DNA of 64,000 nucleotides from Mobula hypostoma (Eukaryota), in NCBI RefSeq assembly GCF_963921235.1, contig NC_086107.1, positions 115,074,001 through 115,138,000 on the forward strand, in the 5' to 3' direction. Of this stretch, positions 1 through 14,500 are shown piece by piece. Made by a program: the position numbers and the translations under genes. Under the pieces are notes generated by a model. The model ran no database searches. It saw only the letters and a list, made by a program, of their open reading frames with translations, and was not told where the DNA came from. Every line of letters starts with the position of its first letter. The first letter of the stretch is position 1.

Positions 1-3000
1 CCATTGATAATTAAAGGGAAACAAAGTTTTTTTCTACCCTGATATAAGTTACGAACTTTTGAAGAAAAAGAAGAAGTTTAATCCAGTGAAAAAAACCCTA
101 TGGGATCATGGTTATCAATTTATACTGCGTTATCCTGCAACTTTGAAGATTTTTTTGCCTGGTGGAGAAAAAAGATTTTTTGATGACTACCAGAAAGCAG
201 AGCAGTTTGTGCGAGATTCTCTGAATATTCACCAGCTACAAGAACAAACTCAGGAGAGCGAGATAGATTGAAGATGAACATTGGGTTAAAGAATGGATTT
301 GTTGGATTTTCGAAGCTGGATGAATGTATAAATATATTATTAATTATATGAGGGGGTAAGAAAGGTTAATACTGGAGGAAATTAGTTGGGAATAATAATA
401 CTAATTTTGTTTATATATATATAACTTTTTTTGTTGCGGGGGAGCTGGAAGAAGCACTGATCGATTGCTACGTTAATCATGTGTGCAAGCGTGGCTATTG
501 CCACGACCCGTAAAATGGAGGGGGGTAGTGTTGTGTATCCTTTCATTCACAACATTAGTGGGGGGGGGGTATTTTGTTTTTTTTTTCTATCTCTTTTTCT
601 TTTTGCCTGGAAGGTTGGGAGGGGGGGAACACATAGCAACATGGTGAAGTTTAAAGAGATTCCCCAAGGAACTATGAGAGTTGAGAAGATAAGTAATGTT
701 TTAGATTGGAGTAACTTTGTTAAGAATAATGACTAATTTATTGAATTTTCTGAGTTTTAATGGTAATGGGCTTAATGGACCAGTGAAAAGAAAAAGAATC
801 TTAACATATATTAAAAAAATGAAGATAGATTTAGCTTTTTTTTACAGGAAACGCACCTAACAGAAACAGAACATCAGAAACTAAAGAGAGATTGGGTGGG
901 TAATGTTGTTGCGGCCTCATTTAATTCAAAAGCGAGGGGAGTAGCAATTTTGATCAATAAAACGTTACCAATTAGAATACAAAATGTAATAACTGATTCT
1001 GCGGGGAGATATGTGATTATACACTGTCAACTTTTTTCCGAACTATGGACTTTTATGAATATTTATGCACCAAACGAAAATGATGCAAAATTCATACAAG
1101 AAGCTTTTTTGAATTTGGCGGATGCACATGAAAAAATATTAATTGGAGGAGACTTTAATTTTTGCTTAGACCCAGTCTTAGATAGATCAACCAAGGCTGT
1201 TATAAAATTGAAGGTAGTAAATTTAACTTTATCATTGATGAAAGATTTAAATTTGATTTGATATATGGAGATATTCTCATAGACATAAAACTTACTCAAG
1301 GATAGATTTTTTTCTATTATCAATGCATATTCAACACAGAGTGAAAAATATGGAATATAAAGCAAGAATATTATCAGATCATTCTCCTTTATTAATGACA
1401 ATAATAATGGCTGATAAGGAAGAAGTGGCTTATAGATGGAGATTTAATTCAACATTATTAAAACGTCAAGATTTTTGTGATTTTATGAAAAAGCAGATTC
1501 AATTTTTTTTGGATACAAATTTTCATTCAGTGGAGGATAAATTTATATTATGGGATGCGATGAAAGCATATCTTAGGGGCCAGATAATAAGTTATACGTC
1601 TAAAATTAAGAAAGAATATATGGCAGAGCTAGATCAATTGGAAAAAGAGATTACAAGAATAGAAAAAGAATCTCAAAGATATATGTCAGAAGAAAAACGA
1701 AGACAACTTGTCAATAAGAAGTTACAATATAATACGCTTCAGACATATAGAACGCAAAAAGCAATTATAAGGTCTAAACAAAGGTATTAGGAGTTAGGTG
1801 AGAGAGCACATAAAATTCTTGCCTGGCAGTTGAAAACAGAACAAGTTTCCAAAACAATAAATGCAATTAGAACAAGGGCAAATAAAATATCTTATAAATC
1901 TCTTGAAATAAATGAAACCTTTAAAAATTTTTATTCTGAATTATATCAATCAGAATCCCAAAATGATGTTAATGAGATAGAAAGGTTTTTATCACAAGTT
2001 TCTCTTCCAAAATTGAATTTGGAAGAACAGAGGGGATTAGATATGCCTTTTACATTAAAAGAAGTTGAAGAAGCTTTAGGATCACTCCAAAGTAATAAAT
2101 CTCCAGGAGAAGATGGTTTTCCACCTGAATTTTATAAAAAATTTAAAGATTTATTATTTCCTCTTTTTATGGAACTAATACGTCAAGCAGAAAAAATACA
2201 TAAACTTCCAGAATCTTTTTCAACAGCGATTGTAATAGTATTGCCAAAAAAGGACAGAGATCCTATGAAACCAATATCATACAGGCCTACTTCTTTATTG
2301 AATACGGATTATAAAATAATAGCAAAAATTTTATCGAATAGATTATCTAAATATTTACCAAAATTAATACATATGGATCAAACAGGATTTATTGAAAATA
2401 GACAATTGGCAGATAATGTAACTCGGCTACTCAGTATAATTCATTTGACACAAAAAAGGGATGAGAAGAGTATAGTAGTAGCTTTGGATGCAGAAAAAGC
2501 ATTTGATAGATTAGAAATGGATTTTTTATTTAAAGTATTAGAAAAATATGGGTTAGGAACATCTTTTATAAATTGGATTAAAACTTTAAATTCTAACCCT
2601 AAAGCTAAAGTAGTGACAAACTCTCAAATTTCAACACCATTCCAGTTAAAAAGGTCAACTAGACAAGGTTGTCCACTATCACCTGCTCTATTTGTATTGG
2701 CGATAGAGCCATTAGCAGAACTAATTAGAATTGATCCAGATATTATGGGTTTTAGAGTTAACCAAGAGGAATATAAAATTAATCTTTTTGCCGATAATGT
2801 TTTGATCTATTTAACAAACCCACAAGATTCGTTACATAAATTATCTTCTAGATTGGATGAATATGGGAAGGTATCAGGTTACAAAATAAACTGGGATAAA
2901 AGTGAAATTTTATCTCTTACTAAAGGAGACTATAGTCAATGTCGATTAGTAACCCAATTTAGATGGCCGGTAAATGGTATAAAGTATTTAGGTATAAGAC

Positions 3001-4718
3001 TTGATAATGATGTAAAGAATTTATATAAATTTAATTATTTACCACTATTGAAAAAAATTCAAGAAGATCTTGACAAATGGATGATACTACCAATAACATT
3101 AGTAGGTAGAGTCAATGTTGTAAAAATGAATATATTTCCTAGATTACAGTATTTGTTTCAAACATTACCAATACAATTGCCACAGAAATTTTTTCAAGAG
3201 TTAAATAAATGTGTGAGAAAATTTCTTTGGAAAGGTAAAATGTCAAGAATATCATTGGAAAAACTGACATGTAAATTTGGGTTAGGAGGGTTACAACTTC
3301 CAAACTTTAAAAATTACTATAAAGCAAATCAGCTTAGATTTATTGCATCTTTTTTCGATGATCAAAAACCAGCATGGATTAAAATAGAACTAGACAAGAT
3401 AGGAGAAAATAAACCTGAAGATTTTATATATAAATGGGAATCTAAATGGATACGGGAAAAGAAAGAATCTCCTATATTAACACACTTGATTGATCTATGG
3501 AATAAGATAAATGTTGATAAGGAAACACAGAAATCTCTATCAGCAAGGAGACCTTTGTTTCAAAACAGACTTATTCCTTTTACAATGGACAATCAACTTT
3601 TACATAATTGGTACCAAAAAGGGATTAAGTTTATAGGAGATTGTTTTGAGCGAGGTATATTGATGTCATTTGAACAATTAAAGGATAAATATAAAATATC
3701 TAATAATACTTTTTTTTGTTACTTTCAATTAAGGGCTTACTTATTAGGTAAGCTGGGTCAAACAATGTTTTTGCCAAAACCTAATGAAATTGAAATTTTA
3801 ATTCAAAAAGGGAAAATTTAAAAATTTATTTCTTGTATGTATAATTTGATTCAAGAACAGACAATTAAACAAGGAACCCATAAGTCAAAGCAAAAATGGG
3901 AAACAGATTTGAATATTAATATTGATGAAACAAATTGGTCAAGACTTTGTCTTGACAGTATGACAAATACAATAAATGTTCGACTTAGATTAGTACAATA
4001 TAATTTTTTACACCAATTATATATTACACCACAAAAAATAAATAGATTAAATTCAAATCTATCTGATAAATGTTTTCGGTGTAATCAAGAAATTGGTACT
4101 TTTTTACATTCTACTTGGTCTTGTTTTAAAATTCAACCCTTTTGGATAAATTTAAGAGTCTTATTGGAACAAATTACTGGAATTCAACTTCCACATAACC
4201 CTGTATTATTTCTATTAGGTGATATTGAAGGGATAAAACCGAATCTTAAATTGAATAAATATCAGAAAGAATTTATAAAAATTGCATTGGCAGTAGCTAA
4301 GAAGACTATAGCAGTTACTTGGAAATCCGATTCGTATTTAAGTATGGATCGTTGGAATAATGAAATGGCTAGTTCTATTCCACTTGAAAAAATTACTTAT
4401 AATTTAAGAGATAAATATGTAACATTCTTGAATATTTGGCGCCCTTATTTACAAAAGATAGGATGGCATATTTAAGTGCTCCGACAAAGAATTTGGTTAC
4501 TTGGGGAAAGTAACGAATAATTATACCAAATTTATTTTGAATCCCATGGAGCATGTGGAAACCTTCCAATACCCAGGCGGCTCTTTTTTTTTCTCTTTCT
4601 TTCTTTTTAGGTAGGACTATATATGGGGGGTGGGGGAGGGTTAAGGGGAGGGGGTGGGTAGATTTTATCTTTTCATGTATTTTTGAAAATTTAATAAAAA
4701 TTATATTTTTAAAAAAGT
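1..4718 (+). mobile_element. L1/Tx1-clade LINE, 5' end outside window, decayed
   Basis: ORF1 C-terminus (..FYPDISYELLKKKKKF..ILRYPATLKIF, to 271), an inter-ORF spacer, then ORF2 pieces with APE endonuclease (NIYAPN, GGDFN, SDH), RT (QGCPLSP) and C-terminal cysteine motif (CFRC..GTFLHSTWSC). 3' UTR has a G-tract, AATAAA at ~4693 and an A tail at ~4711-4717. Confidence 0.95.
729..4475 (+). pseudogene. Disrupted L1/Tx1 ORF2 (endonuclease/reverse transcriptase)
   Basis: ATG at 729 (MTNLLNFLSFNGNGLNGPVKR). Frameshift in the T-run at ~840, disruption at ~1261-1320, in-frame stops at 1788 and 3819. The catalytic FADD reads FADN (TTT GCC GAT AAT, 2787-2798). Confidence 0.9.
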
Positions 4719-6660
4719 AAGGAAATCGGATTTCAGCTATATAAAACTTTGGTCGGTGTTCTGTCCAATTCTGGTCGCCCCGATACAGGGAGGCTGTAGA
4801 GAGGATGCAGAAGAGGTTCAACACGACGTTGACTGGATTAGAGGACATGCGCTATAAGGAAAGGTCGGACAAACCTGGGCTGTTTTAGCTGGAAGGACGA
4901 AGTCCGAGGGGAGACCTGATGGGGGTTTTTAAATTAGGAGGCAGAGAAAGAATAGACGGTCAAAATCTTTTTACGAGGGTAAATACTAGAGCAGATGTTA
5001 GAGGTTGGAGAAGTTTAAGGTCTACAGGTGGGGCAAGTTTCTTACGCAGAAAGTGGGCGGTGGCTCGAATTCTTTAATGGGCTAATTATGAAAGAAAGCA
5101 ATTTGAACATTAGAAAAATACAGTACAGTAGGGGTCCTCCTGTTCACATTTAACTCACTCTAGGATCAATCCAACCCTTCACCCCCACATAGCCGTCCAC
5201 GTTTCCTTCATCCATATGCTCCCCACGAGTTTCCTAAAAGTCCCTAATGTATGTGCCTATACCGTCACCTCTGCAACGTGTGCTATACACTTATCACTCC
5301 CTGTGTGTAAAGTAAAACTACAATATCTCTGCCATTCTCCCTACACTTTTCTCCCACCATCTTGAAATCAGGACCCTCGTAATAGTCATTTCCGCCCTGA
5401 AAAATAGTCGCTGGCTGTCCATGCAGTCTGTGCCTCTTCTCATCTTATGCACCTCCACGAGGCCACCTCTTAGTCACCGATGGAGCAGTTCAAAATGCTT
5501 CAAGAGCGACATAAAAATATGATCAATATATATTTAGTATAAATTGGGGCATCGTGGGGTGAATGACCGGTGTCAAAGAGTTATAGAGGACTGTCATCCC
5601 GACCATTCCCTACCAACATACGGTACCCTCCCAGCTAGTCCGAATTTCCTGCGCTCGGCTAGAATCGCTCCAAGACCCTCCACGAACCAGCTACCAAAGC
5701 AAGTGCTTAAAAGGGGTACAGTATTATTATTTAAGAAGCACTTAATGCAAATGCTTCTTATCTAACACTACTGAATCTGCCTCAACCACTTCCTCTGGCA
5801 GTTCTTTCCATATACGCACCACCGTCCGTGTCAAAAAAAAAAAGTTGTCACTCTGGTCCCTCGCCACCAGATTTCTGAACGGATCATGAACACTACCTTA
5901 TTTGCTGCTTTTCATTTGAACTACCTGATTACTTTCAAAATATTTCTCATAACATACTACTGGCACAAAAGAAGAAATTTCAGAACGTATGCCGGTGGTA
6001 ATAACCCTAATTCTTATTCCCTCTCACCCTGATCTTAAGCCCCCTAGTTTTCACCTCCCCTATCCCGAGGAAAAGATCGCAACCGTCCACCTTATTTATG
6101 CTTTACATTGTTTCGATAAGGTGGCCCGTTCATTCCCTCACGCTCCAAGGCTAAAGTTCCTCTCCTGGCCAGCGGCTCCCACGACCTCAGGGCCTCTAAT
6201 CCTGGTCACATCCTCCTAAATCTTTTCCACATCCTTTCCAGTTTAACCACATCTTTTCTACAGCACCGGGACTAAACTTGCACGCCGTGCTCCGAATGAG
6301 GCCTCACCAACGACTTACACAACAGTGCTTCCGCGGGAAACCGCATCGAGCTGTGGACCCAGATGACGCGTCATGGAAAACAGCGACCCCTCCATGAACT
6401 CTGCCTACACTTCCCGCTGCCTCGGTAAAGCATCTAAGACCCCTGGCTAACCCGGATATTCTCCCCCCTCCCCCCACCCCGCAACCTTGCCGAAGATACA
6501 AGAGGCAGTATGGCCAGGCTATATAACAGCATCTAAAGAGGAATGTTTTTAGTCAGAGGTTGGTGAAAGACAAGTGTCTTTCGGTGTATTTAAAACGGGA
6601 GTTGATAGGTTCTTGATTAGTAAGGAGGTCAACGCTTAGAGGCAGAAGGCAGGAGAACGG
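4719..6660. mobile_element. Cluster of short degenerate CR1 (and Rex-like) 3' fragments, both orientations
   Basis: CR1 RT C-terminal remnants, e.g. 4740-5060 (+) resembling CVQFWSP..LERVQKRFT..GLFSLE..RGDL, and reverse-strand 3' ends at ~5105-5480, 5600-5830 and 6010-6330. Confidence 0.6.
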
Positions 6661-7129
6661 ACCCCCATGACTCGTGGTCTTACCTCCTCTGCCATAAGAC
6701 TTTTGAATGCCCCTAGCACAATAGGACGAACTCTTAACCTTACAATCTTCCTCGCTGTGAACTTTGTGTCTGCCTGCCCCGCTCTTCCTCCGTAATTGTA
6801 ACACTTTACTTTGCACTCTGTTGTTTTTCCTCGGTTCTGCAGTGAATTGATCTGCATGAACAGTATGCAAGACAAGCTATTCACTATACCTCAGTGCACA
6901 AGGCGATAGTGCAACTGATCCCACTTCCAACATATATCTCAACTCCTTTACTCAGTGCCCCGACTGACGAAGGCCAGCGTTTCAAACGACATCATCACCC
7001 TACCTGTAACATCGCTTTTGTTTTTCCTCTTAAAGTTCCTTTGTCCTACGAACTGTTCTCTGATCTATCTCTACCGCCCGCCACTCCCCACTTAATATTG
7101 CACTGGTTTGCCTGTTGCCACATGTACCA

Positions 7130-7780
7130 AGACACAGTGAAAAACTTGTCCTAAGTACGATTCATTATGCAGTACATTAGAATAAGGTAAAACAGTAACA
7201 GTTGCAGAATGAAGTGTGAAAGCAACTGTTGAAGAGCAATGTAGGTAAACGGCAAGTGAAAGATCAAAGCAAGGTAGGTTCTGAGGCCAGGAGCCCATCT
7301 TTCCGTTTTAGAGGTCCTTTCAAGCGTCTGATGACAATGAAGTCGAAACTGTCCTTGCCCTTGTCCTTGCCCCTGGACTTCTGTCAAGCTTTTGCCACTA
7401 CGGCCCGGCGGGAGAAGAGAGAGGAGAGAATGTCTTTAATTATGCTGACTGGTTTATGAAGGTAGCGTGAAGTGTGCATAATCTGGTTCCCCTGATGTGC
7501 TGAGCGGCGTCCACAACTCTGCACTTTCTTGCGGCTACGGGCAGGGTAACTGCCATCCCGTGACACATCCGGATAGGTGCATCGGTAAACGTTGCTAAGA
7601 GTCGACGGGAATATGCCGAATTTCTATAGTCTCCTGAGGTAGTAGTGGCAACGATGAGTTTTCTTGGCCTGCTCACCCACGTGGTTGGACTGAGGTGAAG
7701 ATTTCATACCGAGGAACTTGTTGCTCTCAGCCCTCTCGACATCAGTACCATTAACACTGACATGACCATGTGCAATAGCT
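7130..7780 (-). mobile_element. Rex1/Babar-like LINE 3' fragment
   Basis: Minus-strand translation resembles the Rex/Babar C-terminus (..RKKVQ..VVDAAQHI..) followed by its typical 3' UTR. Confidence 0.5.
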
Positions 7781-7986
7781 CGGTCAGGACCCTAACTCTG
7801 GATAGGCCGCATCTGGAGTATTGTGTTTAGTTGTGGGCGCCCTTTATAGAAGAGACATGAAGGATTTGGAGAAGCGACAGGAAGAGGGTTATCAGGTTGC
7901 TGCCTTGAGTAGAGGAGCATGAGTCTTCGATGCCTCAGTAAGGTCGCACCTTCTCTCCATACATTGAGGACCCCGCCCCACCTCCT

Positions 7987-7988
<2 letters not shown>

Positions 7989-8050
<62 letters not shown>

Positions 8051-8327
8051 GCACAAACACACACACACACATACACACACACACACTCACACACGCACAC
8101 ACTCTCTCTCACACACTCTCACACGCTCACACTCACACACACTCTCTCTCACACACACACTCTCTCACACACACACACACTCACACTCACACACACTCAC
8201 ACTCACACACACTCTCTCACACACACTCACACTCTCACACACACTCACTCACACTCACACACACTCTCTCTCTCTCACACACACACACACTCTCTCTCTC
8301 ACACACACACACACACTCACACTCACA

Positions 8328-8397
<70 letters not shown>

Positions 8398-8410
8398 CAC
8401 ACATACACAC
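7989..8410. repeat. Compound (CA)n/(CT)n microsatellite
   Basis: ~420 bp of CA, CT and CACT tandem units, seen directly. Confidence 0.98.
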
Positions 8411-9271
8411 TTAGAGACCGACCTTCCTTTCTAAACTCCAGGGTCGCCGCCCCGATCTCTCCGAGTGCTGGTGTTGGACGAGCCCACCGACTTGGTCCCG
8501 ATCTCTCTTCTGTGCCAGTACCATCAGCCCTCTCAACCATTCAAAACATTCACAAGGGCGCGGCCACAAGTAAGCATCATCCATCATCCAAGGGCACACC
8601 TCCCCCCCCCACCCTACTTTTTCGCTACTACCATCGGGCAGGAGGTACAAGAGCCTTAGGTCCCACACCGCCAAGTTGAAGAGCAGTTGTTAGCCTTTAA
8701 CCATCAGTTTTTGAACCAGCGTGGACAACTTCATTCACCAGTACTCTGAACTAATTCTACGAGTTACAGAATCACTTTTAAGAACTCTTTAGAACTTATG
8801 TTGACAGTATTATTTCTCGTTGCACAGATTGTGGTCTTTTTCAGGTTTGTTGTTTGTCAGGCTTTGCCTGTTTGTGTATAGTTCATAAAATTATATATTT
8901 TTTCTCTGTAAATGCCAGCAGGAGAACAAACCTCAAGGCTGTGTATATGGCAATACATGCACAATTTGAAAATGGAATGACTTTGAACTTAGAAGTTGGC
9001 AGTGAAGTTGCCTGAATGTGATGGGCATGAACTATTAGGAGAGTTTGTTTTCACTGGAACGATAGAGGCTGACGGAGGCCTGATAAAGTTTATTTTTTTA
9101 AGTATTGGAAACAGAGACAGAGTAGAAGCAGAACATGGAACAAAATAGCAGTGACGGCCTTTCCGCCCACGATGCACTGTCGACAGTTTATCCTCCTACA
9201 CAATCAATCTAACGCTTCCCTCCTACACAGCCCATGACCCTCCGTTTTTCATACATCCGCCTACCTATCCA

Positions 9272-9495
9272 GGGAGGGGAGGGAACGTCGACTCGGACCA
9301 TGAGAGGCCTGCATCGGGCATTTTTGTGCCTTACAAGGCGCAGATTTGAAGTCCGTGTGGGGCGCCACTCCTCGCACAGACACTAGAGCAATGTGTGATT
9401 AAGTGCCTTGCTCAAGGGCACAAACACGTTGCCACAGCTGAGGCTCGAACTAGCGACCTGGAGATAATTAAACGGACACCTTAGCCACGTGGCCA
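9272..9495 (-). mobile_element. tRNA-derived SINE
   Basis: Minus strand has an A-box-like TGGCCACGTGG, a B-box GTTCGAGCC and a CORE-like CCTTGAGCAAGGCACTTAA. Flanked by an 11-bp TSD CTACCTATCCA (9261-9271 / 9496-9506). Confidence 0.85.
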
Positions 9496-10964
9496 CTACC
9501 TATCCAAGTGTCTCTCAAAAGCCTCTCAACACAAGAGACCCTTCAGATGCTTTGTAACACACACAAAGTGCTGGAGGAACTCAGCACGTTAGGCAACATA
9601 TATGCGGTCCGAACCCTTTCGTCAGGCCTGGAAGGAGGCAGAGGCAGTTCGGTTTTCCATTCACATTTTGATGTCTACTTACGGCCGCCTCTAGTGCTAG
9701 GATGAAGCCAAACTCAAACTGGAGGAGCAACACATCATCGTCTGAATAGCCTCCTGTTGGCATGATTAAGGATTGTTCTAACTTCTGAAACTTTCAACGC
9801 CCACCCTTTCTCTTTGTTTCCCATTCTCCGTTCTGGTTAGCCTCACCCATTCTCTTCACGTTCCCATCACCTCACTCTGCTTACGCTCTCTGTCCCATTC
9901 TTCCATGGTCCAATGTCATTCTCCTGTGTAACGGGATAGCGTGGAGAGAGATTCACTCTGTGTCTTACTCAGGAATGTTTATGGGATGTCGTGGAAGTAG
10001 TTTCACTCCGTGTCTGACCTCGGAAAGAGTGATGGAACGGTGTGGAGCGAGCTCCAAAACAGTGTCTGGCCCGGAGGTTTGCATGGAGTGTCAAGACTAC
10101 ATAGAGGAAGTGAAGAGATAACTCAGTTTGCAGTCGAAAATAAAACATTGCGTTACAGTTTACAGTGAGTTCCCCCTTTTCCATAAATCATGTTTCACTG
10201 TCAGCATAACATTTCCCCCTCCCCCACCGATAAGAAATATACGATCTTGAAGCAGGACTAAAAGTCTGGCCTATCAACCTGCTTTGCCATTTAGTAAGGT
10301 TCTAACTCCTCTGGCCATGCTCTCAGATTCACCACCTTCCTTTTCTCCATAACCCTTAATTCCCGCTCTCTCCCCAAAGCTCCATTCTCAATACGCTTCC
10401 CTCCTTACTCCTTACGGGCCCTCCAACAGCTTCCTCTCTCCTGACCGCTCTTCCGTGGTGCTCAGCTCACCATCCTTCCCACGGATCACCACCCCTCCTG
10501 TAGTGATCCCTTCTCACTCCCATTCCAACTCCCTCCCTCCCTCCTCCCCAGCCCCCCTCACCAGTCCCTCTCCAAAGCTCTACGTAGACATCCGCTCCCT
10601 GCCCGAATCTCTCATGTTTCAACGGTCAGGTTCGCAGATTGAAATATATTCTTAACCCTCCCCAACTAATCACACCCTTATTGCAACAGGGATGGCAAGA
10701 ACTGCACACGATACTCCAAGTGCGGCCGAATCAAGGTATTGTACAACGCGCCATAACGTTCCAACTCCTGGTACTTAGTGTCCTTCATCACGCTCCAGAC
10801 CTGTGTGACCAGGGAATCATATCCTGGCAGCTTTGGACACTTCTCTTTCTACACAGAACAGTACGACACAATACAGGGGCTTCGGATCACAATGTGGCCC
10901 ATGTGTTTTAAACTACACTAAGATCAATTTAACTCTTCCCCCCACATTGCCCTCAGTCTATTCA

Positions 10965-11540
10965 GGGAAATAAACACTCGAAGTTTTGGGCCAAAACCCC
11001 ATCGTTAGGCCTGGAAAGGACGGAGGCAGAGGCAGTTCGGTTTCCCGATCCCATTTTGATATGTCTGCCTATGGTCGCCTCTGCTGCTACGATGAGGCCA
11101 AACTCAAATTGGAGGAGCATCACCTCATATTCTGTTTGTGTAGCCTCCTAGTAGCATTCCCATCGATAATCTCTAACTTCAGAAAATTTCAACACCCACC
11201 CTTTGTCTTTTCTCCCATTTACCGTTCTGGTTAGCCTCACGCGTTCACTTCACCTGCCCATCGGCTCCCTCTGGTTACACCCTCCACCCCATTCTCCCAT
11301 GGTGCAATGTAATCTGTCGGATTCCTTCTTCTTCAGCTCTTTACCTGTTGCAGCTTCCCATATCGTTCCTCTCTCTCTCTCTCTTCTAGCCAGGCACCAT
11401 CCCCTCACCTGGTCTCACCTTACACCTGCCAGTTTATAATCCTCCGTTTGCCAGCACCTTCTTATTCTGACTTCTGCCCCTTCCTTTCCAGTCCTAATGA
11501 AGATTATCAGCCAGTATCTTCTTCTGTTTATTCCTCTTAA
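10965..11540 (+). mobile_element. Penelope-like element remnant (GIY-YIG endonuclease C-terminus plus pseudo-LTR pieces); paralogous copies at ~9530-9920 and ~13625-13970
   Basis: Translation HFDMSAYGRLCCYDEAKLKLEEHHLIFCLCSL resembles the Penelope endonuclease C-terminal motif (..DEA.LRLEEQHLIFRLGSL..). Degenerate hammerhead-type termini lie on both sides. Confidence 0.65.
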
Positions 11541-14500
11541 ATGTCCACTAATGCATTTAATATACAGTATTGGAAAATTACGTTCCGTTCCGGTCATCTC
11601 ATTATAGGAAGGATATGAAAGGTTTAGAAAAGTTAAAGAGGAAATTTACCAGGATGCTGCCTAGATAAGGGAGCTTGCCTTATATGGGAAGGCGGAGACA
11701 GCGAGCGCTTTTCTGTTTGGAGAGAAAAAGAATGAGAGGGGAATTGACCGAGTTGCATAAGATGTAAGAGTCATAAATGGACAACACCATTCTTTCACAG
11801 AGCGACAATGGTTAATACGAGTTGGAATAATTTTAACGTGTGAAGTATCGTTGTAATATCAGCGGCAGATATTTTTACACAGGGAGTGGTGGCTATGCGG
11901 GGTGTACTGCCGGGGTGATGGTAAAGACTGATACATTGGGGTCATTAATACTTTTAGATAGGCGCATGGGCGATAGAAAACACGTGGAGAGCTATGCAGA
12001 AGAGAAGGGCTCCATTGATCGTGGAGTACGAGAAAAGGTCGGACGAATGCCCTGTATTGTGCTGTACTCTTCATGTTCTGCATCCGCCTTTATTATCGCA
12101 GACTCCAGCCGTACAACTACGTCTATGTAAAATTCCTTTGTACTTTCCCTGTAAGTGTTTGCAAAAAAGTAACTCTCAGTATAGGGCACAGTGTGCATAC
12201 TTTGATCATAAGTTTACTTTGAGCTTGTAAGCTTGCGAGCACTTGCAGCTAGCTGTGCTGGAGTTTCGCTTCCCTGTTGACACCTCCGGTGACCTTGCTC
12301 ATCCGCTTCAAGAAGTTTTCGCTAAGTTTGTTGTTTGTTTTTTTGTCCACAAGCCTGCTGCTGTTAAAGCTGCCGAAGGTTCCTCCCCTGCTCCATCAGG
12401 GCCCTGCCGCGTTCGGGGTGGTGAGGGGTACCGGTGGGAGATGTCAAACAAGGTGGGGAGGTGCGAGTACCTTTTATTTTCGACGCTGGTTGAACCGAAT
12501 CGCGTGTTTTCTGTCTCAGTCTGCCGGAAGGGGCGGGTAGCTTGCAGCGGGACTCAGACCCCCATCGGAGTATCCGAAGGGAGCTGCCCCCTCAATTTAT
12601 GGCTCAGCCTCAGTCCCAAGCGCGATGGAGGGACATACTCTGACTTGGGGAGTGAGATATCCTGGCCGGTCCTAGTATGAGATGACAGAAAATGAGGGAG
12701 CTTCACTCTATGTCTGACCCCGGTAGTGTGTGATGGGAAGGTGTGGAGGGAGCTTCATTCTGTGTCTGATCTGGAGATTTGCAATAGGACGGCATGGAGG
12801 AAGTAAAGAGCTAATTCAGTTTGAAGCCGAAAATAAAACTTTCTGATACTGTTTACAGTAAATCCTTCCTTTTCTATAACCCATGTTTCCCCATCAGCAA
12901 AACACCCTCTCCACCCGAAACCTACGAACTAGGAACAGGGAATGGCCGTTCGCCCGTCGATCCTGTTTTGCCATTTAAAAAGATTATGACTGATCTGGAG
13001 AGCTGACCAGAGTAGCTCGTAGCTCTTGAGCTCAATTTCCCGACTAATGTACACCAGCACACCATTCAGCATCTAATGCACCCTACAAACTTCACCGCCC
13101 CCCCCCAGGGTTCTTTTTCAAACTTCCCTTAGGATTGGACTCTCCAAGCATGCAGGATGTGGACTGTGCTGGCCCACCTTATCTACGCCCCTTGTGCTTT
13201 TATAAACGTCTGTCATGTCACCCGACAGCTTCCTTTGCTGTAGGGAAAACAGTCCAACCTTATGACTCAAACCCTCCAGTCTCAGTAAGATCTCCGTTAA
13301 TATTTTCTTAACCCTCCCCAATTAATCACGCCCTTGTTGTAATGGGGATGGCAAGACCTGCACACGATACTCCAAGTGCGGCCGCATAAGGTATTGTGAA
13401 ACGCGATATAACGTTCCAACTCCTGTACTTAGTGCCTTCTACGATGAAAACCCTTCATCACGCTCTAGACCTGTGTGACCCCTGACAGGGAATCCTATGT
13501 TGGCAGCCTTGCTACATAGATCAGTACAACACAATACCGGCCCTTCGGTTCACAATGTCGTGTCAGTCTTTCGACCTACACTAAGATCAATCTGACTCTT
13601 CCTCCCACATTGCCCTCAGTCTATTCAGGGAAATAAACACTCGAAGTTTCGGGCCAAGCCCCATCGTTAGGCCTGGAAAGGACGGAGGTAGAGGCAGTTC
13701 GGTTTCCCGATCCCATTTTGATATGTCTGCCTATGGCCGCCTCTGCTGCTACGATGAGGCCAAACTCAAATTGGAGGAGCATCACCTCATATTCTGTCTG
13801 TGTAGCCTCCTAACAGCATGCCCATCGATAATCCCTAACTTCAGAAAATTTCAACACCCACCCTTTGTCTTTTCTCCCATTTACCGTTCTGGTTAGCCTC
13901 ACGCGTTCACTTCACCTGCCCATCGGCTCCCTCTGGTTACCCCCTCCACCCCATTCTCCCATGGTGCAATGTTCCGTTCTTGTCGTCTCATTAAAGGAAG
14001 GATATGAAATCTTTAGAAAAATTAAAAGGGAAATTTACCAGAGTGCTAACTAGATTAGGGAGCATGTCTTATATAGGAAGCTTGAGCGACCGAGTGTTTT
14101 TCTCTTTGGAGCGAAGGAGAATGACAGGGGAATTGACAGAGTTGGGTAAGATGGTAAGAGTCATAAATGGACAACGCCATTTTTCACTGAGCTATAATCT
14201 AATGCGAGTTGGAATAATTTTAAGGTGATTAGACGAAAGAACAGTGATAAAATCAGTGGCAGATTTTTTTTTGTTTACACAGAGAGAGGTGGGTGTTTGG
14301 GACGCACTGCCGGGGTGATGGTAAAGGCTGATACATTGGGGTCAATAATGGCACTGTTAGATCAGTACATGGATGACGGAAAAAAGAGCTATGTGGGAGA
14401 GAAGGGTTACATTGCTCGTGGAGTACGAGAAAAGTTCGGCTGAATGGAAATTGTGAGTAGAATGGCCTGTATTGTGCTATTCTCTTTATTAATACAGATT

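Noticed and set aside
8442..8520. RVLVLDEPT, an ABC Walker-B-like motif after a plausible acceptor
   Set aside because: There is no D-loop, signature motif or other exons, and it runs straight into a Rex-like fragment. Treated as chance.
7792..8540. His/Thr- and Cys/Val-rich ORFs
   Set aside because: They are translations of the (CA)n/(CT)n microsatellite.
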